Positions 60,885-64,000 of a stretch of 64,000 nucleotides of DNA are shown in pieces. Location: positions 400,941 to 464,940 of the forward strand of contig CBDBBP010000003.1 in assembly GCA_965202855.1 (NCBI GenBank). Reading direction: 5' to 3'. Each line of letters opens with the position of its first letter. The stretch's first letter is position 1. A program made the position numbers and the translations under genes. The DNA is from Arenicellales bacterium. GTDB lineage: Bacteria; Pseudomonadota; Gammaproteobacteria; Arenicellales; JAJDZL01. A model generated the notes under the pieces. It was not told the origin of the DNA. It saw nothing but the letters and a program-made list of their open reading frames with translations, and did not search any database.

Positions 60885-63476
60885 ATGCGCGGAGATTTAG
60901 GTAAATTTTCTCAGGATAGATCAATTGAGGAAGCGGCGAGATCTTTTTTATTTGCTGAAATTTCTGATTTTTATCGGCTAGATGCATCCCTAAAGCTTAA
61001 TCCCAAGCAACGGTCTGAACTTGGTCAATTCCTGACACCGACTCCGATATGTCGTTTTATGGCGAGCCTATTTTTTGATCTTACGGGAGATTTGCATATT
61101 CTTGACCCAGGGGCTGGTGTGGGATCATTAACCGCTGCTTTGGTCGAACGATTGTGTGATACTGAAGCAAATCCAAACTCTGTAAATTTGGTTGCCTACG
61201 AAATTGAGCCCTTGTTGGTGAATTATTTACGATGCACGATGGCTGATTCTCAAGCTCTTTGCGAATCCGTCGGAATTAAAGCACAGAGCACAATCTTTGA
61301 AGATGATTTTATCCTTAATCATCCAGAATCCCAGAAAGGTGAACTTGGCAACAGAACTTCATTAGGTGATAACTTTTTCACCCATGTCATAATGAATCCG
61401 CCATACAAGAAGATCAAGTCTTTATCCGCCCATCGATTAGCATTGCGTAAGGCAGGTATCGAGACTTCAAATTTGTATTCAGCATTTATGTATTTGGCTG
61501 CTTTACGTCTTCGCCGTGGTGGTGAAATGGTTGCGATTGTTCCAAGATCATTTTGCAACGGGCCTTACTTTAAACGATTCAGAATCCAGTTCTTCTCATT
61601 GATGGCATTGCGTCATATTCACGTCTTTGAGAAAAGGAATAGTGTATTTCGTGGGGACGAAGTCCTTCAGGAGAACATTATCTTGCACGCAGTCAAAGGA
61701 GCAACACCATCAAAAATAGTTATTACTTCAAGTCAGGGTGGAAATTTCAAATGTGACCAGGTTAATTATTCCTGCTTTAGCGAAGATTTGACACAGCGAA
61801 AGGTTGATTACAACTGTGTTATTTCTGAAAATGATCCAAACCGCTTTGTGCGCATTGCAACCAATAATCTAGAACAGTGGGTAGTGGATAGGATGGCGAA
61901 TTTCTCAGCTACCTTATCCGATTTAGGAGTGGAGGTGTCAACTGGGCCAGTTGTCGATTTTAGACTAAAGGATGATTTGTGTTTTACACCTGAAGATGGT
62001 GCGGTTCCTCTCCTGTATACAGCGCATTTTCAAGGTGGCAACATTGAATGGCCAAAATGTATGAAGAAACCTAACGCGATATATGTGACTGAAAAGAGTA
62101 GGAAATGGTTATGGAAGAATGAAGGACATTTTGTCATTACAAAACGTTTTTCTGCAAAAGAAGAACGGCGACGAATTGTTGCATTTGTATATTCATCGGA
62201 ATTATCGAGCAAATTGATAGGTTTTGAAAATCATTTGAATGTATTTCATACAAATCAAGTTGGTTTTTCTCCAAATCTGGCAAAAGGTCTTTTCGTGTAC
62301 CTTAACTGTTCACTCGTAGATCGATACTTTAGGCAGTTTAATGGTCACACGCAAGTCAACGCGACTGACTTGCGATCTCTCAAATACCCGGATAAACATA
62401 CATTAGAGAGAATAGGGAAGCGGATAGATTCTTTAGCACTTGCACAAGAAGACATTGACAACATAATTGAATTAGAAATATCTCACATGACACAAGATAC
62501 AAACCCATTGCTCGCTCAGCAAAAAATAGATGAGGCACTGAAAATATTAACGGCTTTCTGTTTGCCTAGAGGCCAACAAAATGAACGTTCAGCATTAACA
62601 CTGCTTGCTCTATTGAATCTGAGTCCTGAAAAACAGTGGCAAGAAATAGAAAAGCCTCTAATTGGGATTACACCGATAATGGAATTTGTTTATGAGTTTT
62701 ATGGACGGGAATATGCACCAAATACGCGTGAAACATTCCGTCGACAAACTATGCATCAGTTCGTTGAAGCGGGTGTTGCACTTTATAACCCTGATAAACC
62801 GGACCGACCTGTAAATAGCCCGAAAGCATGTTACCAAATCAGTGAAGAAGTTTTTCAGGTCATTACGAAATTTGGCACTGAAGATTGGGAGTCTGCACTT
62901 AGTTCTTACCTTAAAAGACAGGAATCCTTAGCTGCAAAATGGGCTAGACATCGTCATATGCAAATGATCCCTGTTGTAGTTGCAGATGGCAGTGAAATCA
63001 AACTTACACCTGGTGATCATAGTAAATTAATCAAAGCTATTATTACTCAGTTCGCGCCTCGATTCGCACCAGGGGCCGAAGTCATATATTTAGGCGATAC
63101 GGGTGAAAAAGTCGGCTATTTTCAGGAGGAAAGATTGGCTGAGTTAGGAGTCACGATAGACCAACATGGAAAAATGCCAGATGTAGTATTGTATTTTGGT
63201 TTTAAAGACTGGTTGCTTTTAATTGAATCTGTCACTAGTCATGGTCCGGTTGATTCTAAAAGACATAATGAACTAGCTTCTGTGTTTAAAGATGCGACAT
63301 CTGGTATTGTGTATGTGACGGCTTTTCCAAACCGCACAATTATGGCTCGATTTTTGGGAGAAATTTCGTGGGAAACTGAAGTCTGGTGTGAAGATGCACC
63401 AACACATCTAATTCACTTTAATGGTGAGCACTTATTAAGTCCTTATATTAAGAATATTGACGAAGATGGCATATAA
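60885..63476 (+). CDS. Single-polypeptide restriction-modification enzyme: gamma-class N6-adenine DNA methyltransferase fused to a BsuBI/PstI-family endonuclease domain
   Basis: 863 aa. Motif X-like FLTPTPICRFM, motif I ILDPGAGVGSL and motif IV NPPY (61395-61406). From Met-535 (62487) onward the BsuBI/PstI-type domain follows (LPRGQQNERSALTLLALL ... APNTRETFRRQTMHQF ... PDVVLYFGFKDWLLLIESVTSHGPV). Confidence 0.8.
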   Translation: MRGDLGKFSQDRSIEEAARSFLFAEISDFYRLDASLKLNPKQRSELGQFLTPTPICRFMASLFFDLTGDLHILDPGAGVGSLTAALVERLCDTEANPNSVNLVAYEIEPLLVNYLRCTMADSQALCESVGIKAQSTIFEDDFILNHPESQKGELGNRTSLGDNFFTHVIMNPPYKKIKSLSAHRLALRKAGIETSNLYSAFMYLAALRLRRGGEMVAIVPRSFCNGPYFKRFRIQFFSLMALRHIHVFEKRNSVFRGDEVLQENIILHAVKGATPSKIVITSSQGGNFKCDQVNYSCFSEDLTQRKVDYNCVISENDPNRFVRIATNNLEQWVVDRMANFSATLSDLGVEVSTGPVVDFRLKDDLCFTPEDGAVPLLYTAHFQGGNIEWPKCMKKPNAIYVTEKSRKWLWKNEGHFVITKRFSAKEERRRIVAFVYSSELSSKLIGFENHLNVFHTNQVGFSPNLAKGLFVYLNCSLVDRYFRQFNGHTQVNATDLRSLKYPDKHTLERIGKRIDSLALAQEDIDNIIELEISHMTQDTNPLLAQQKIDEALKILTAFCLPRGQQNERSALTLLALLNLSPEKQWQEIEKPLIGITPIMEFVYEFYGREYAPNTRETFRRQTMHQFVEAGVALYNPDKPDRPVNSPKACYQISEEVFQVITKFGTEDWESALSSYLKRQESLAAKWARHRHMQMIPVVVADGSEIKLTPGDHSKLIKAIITQFAPRFAPGAEVIYLGDTGEKVGYFQEERLAELGVTIDQHGKMPDVVLYFGFKDWLLLIESVTSHGPVDSKRHNELASVFKDATSGIVYVTAFPNRTIMARFLGEISWETEVWCEDAPTHLIHFNGEHLLSPYIKNIDEDGI

Positions 63477-63536
63477 CTGGATTGTACACACTGGGACTTA
63501 TATCCTATATAGATTGGATGCAGGTGTGGTGGGAAA

Positions 63537-63790
63537 AAGGCACTATTCAGCAGAGTTTAAGCAGTTGAGTCAGGAGAAGTTGTGAGCTAGCGTGTCGGTG
63601 AGTCAGTTAGACCCACGGAGTATAGGCCGTTAGCTCAGACTTTATACAAGTGGATGCGAAATATCGTTGATGTTGATGGACTCAAGATGGACGATATTGA
63701 AGCGGAGGACCGTCGTCTGAAGCGAGAGAACCGGCAGTTGCTCGTGGACAAAGCAATCCTGGAATAGGTTGCGTTGTGGTTTAAGTCGCG
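63537..63790 (+). pseudogene. Decayed IS3-family OrfA relic
   Basis: RHYSAEFKQ ... TLYKWMRN ... EDRRLKRENRQLLVDKAILE*, spread over two frames with in-frame stops. This matches the HTH plus leucine-zipper OrfA pattern of IS3 elements. Confidence 0.55.
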
Positions 63791-64000
63791 CCACTCATTA
63801 CTATGTTTCATCAGTTTACGAAACTTAGAACGAAGAACAGTCTCGTTCCAATTGAATTTGAAATTTGAATTTGTGGTGCATTTGGGTTCGTCAAAGACTA
63901 AGGCGATCGGAACTTTGGGAGTGAGCAGCTAACTTGATTTTCAAACACACGTAAAGCATATAAAATTTATCCCGATAATTTTTCCGGCATATAAAACTCG

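Overview
AT-leaning proteobacterial-type chromosomal window. It has three housekeeping or catabolic blocks and two accessory insertions.

**Core blocks**
- 0.6-12.6 kb: PPK2, a racemase-superfamily enzyme, an M48 peptidase/DUF898 pair, DadA/RidA, a desaturase, a ClC channel and ArsC.
- 13.2-29.8 kb: one long plus-strand operon. It encodes a PotD-type ABC importer, a GMC oxidoreductase, a ThDP enzyme, an SDR, an acyl-CoA dehydrogenase, a fused indolepyruvate-ferredoxin-oxidoreductase-family enzyme, glutaryl-CoA dehydrogenase, GabD and PdxH.
- 48.4-59.4 kb: PotFGHI, a TetR-Rieske oxygenase fusion, a class-III aminotransferase, a non-Pyl MttB-family methyltransferase and AceK.

**Island 1 (about 29.8-48.1 kb)**
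- It opens with two decayed IS transposase genes.
- Next comes a tightly coupled Hsp70-TPR plus minimal UvrD-like helicase pair. I cannot assign this pair to any named system, and it is my top candidate for an undescribed defence or conflict system.
- A G+C-rich MFS transporter gene follows.
- Then a complete three-gene Shango-type module: TerB-N/C protein, DUF2791/BrxD-like ATPase and Lhr/BrxHI-like helicase.
- It ends with an Rpn (YhgA-like) nuclease gene. That gene carries an in-frame 24-bp repeat array and has a duplicated free-standing C-terminal fragment beside it.

**Island 2 (about 59.8-63.8 kb)**
- A single-chain N6-adenine methyltransferase fused to a BsuBI/PstI-type endonuclease, bracketed by IS3-family relics.

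No rRNA, tRNA or CRISPR array could be supported by eye. All functional calls rest on motif and family recognition in the supplied translations, not on database searches.
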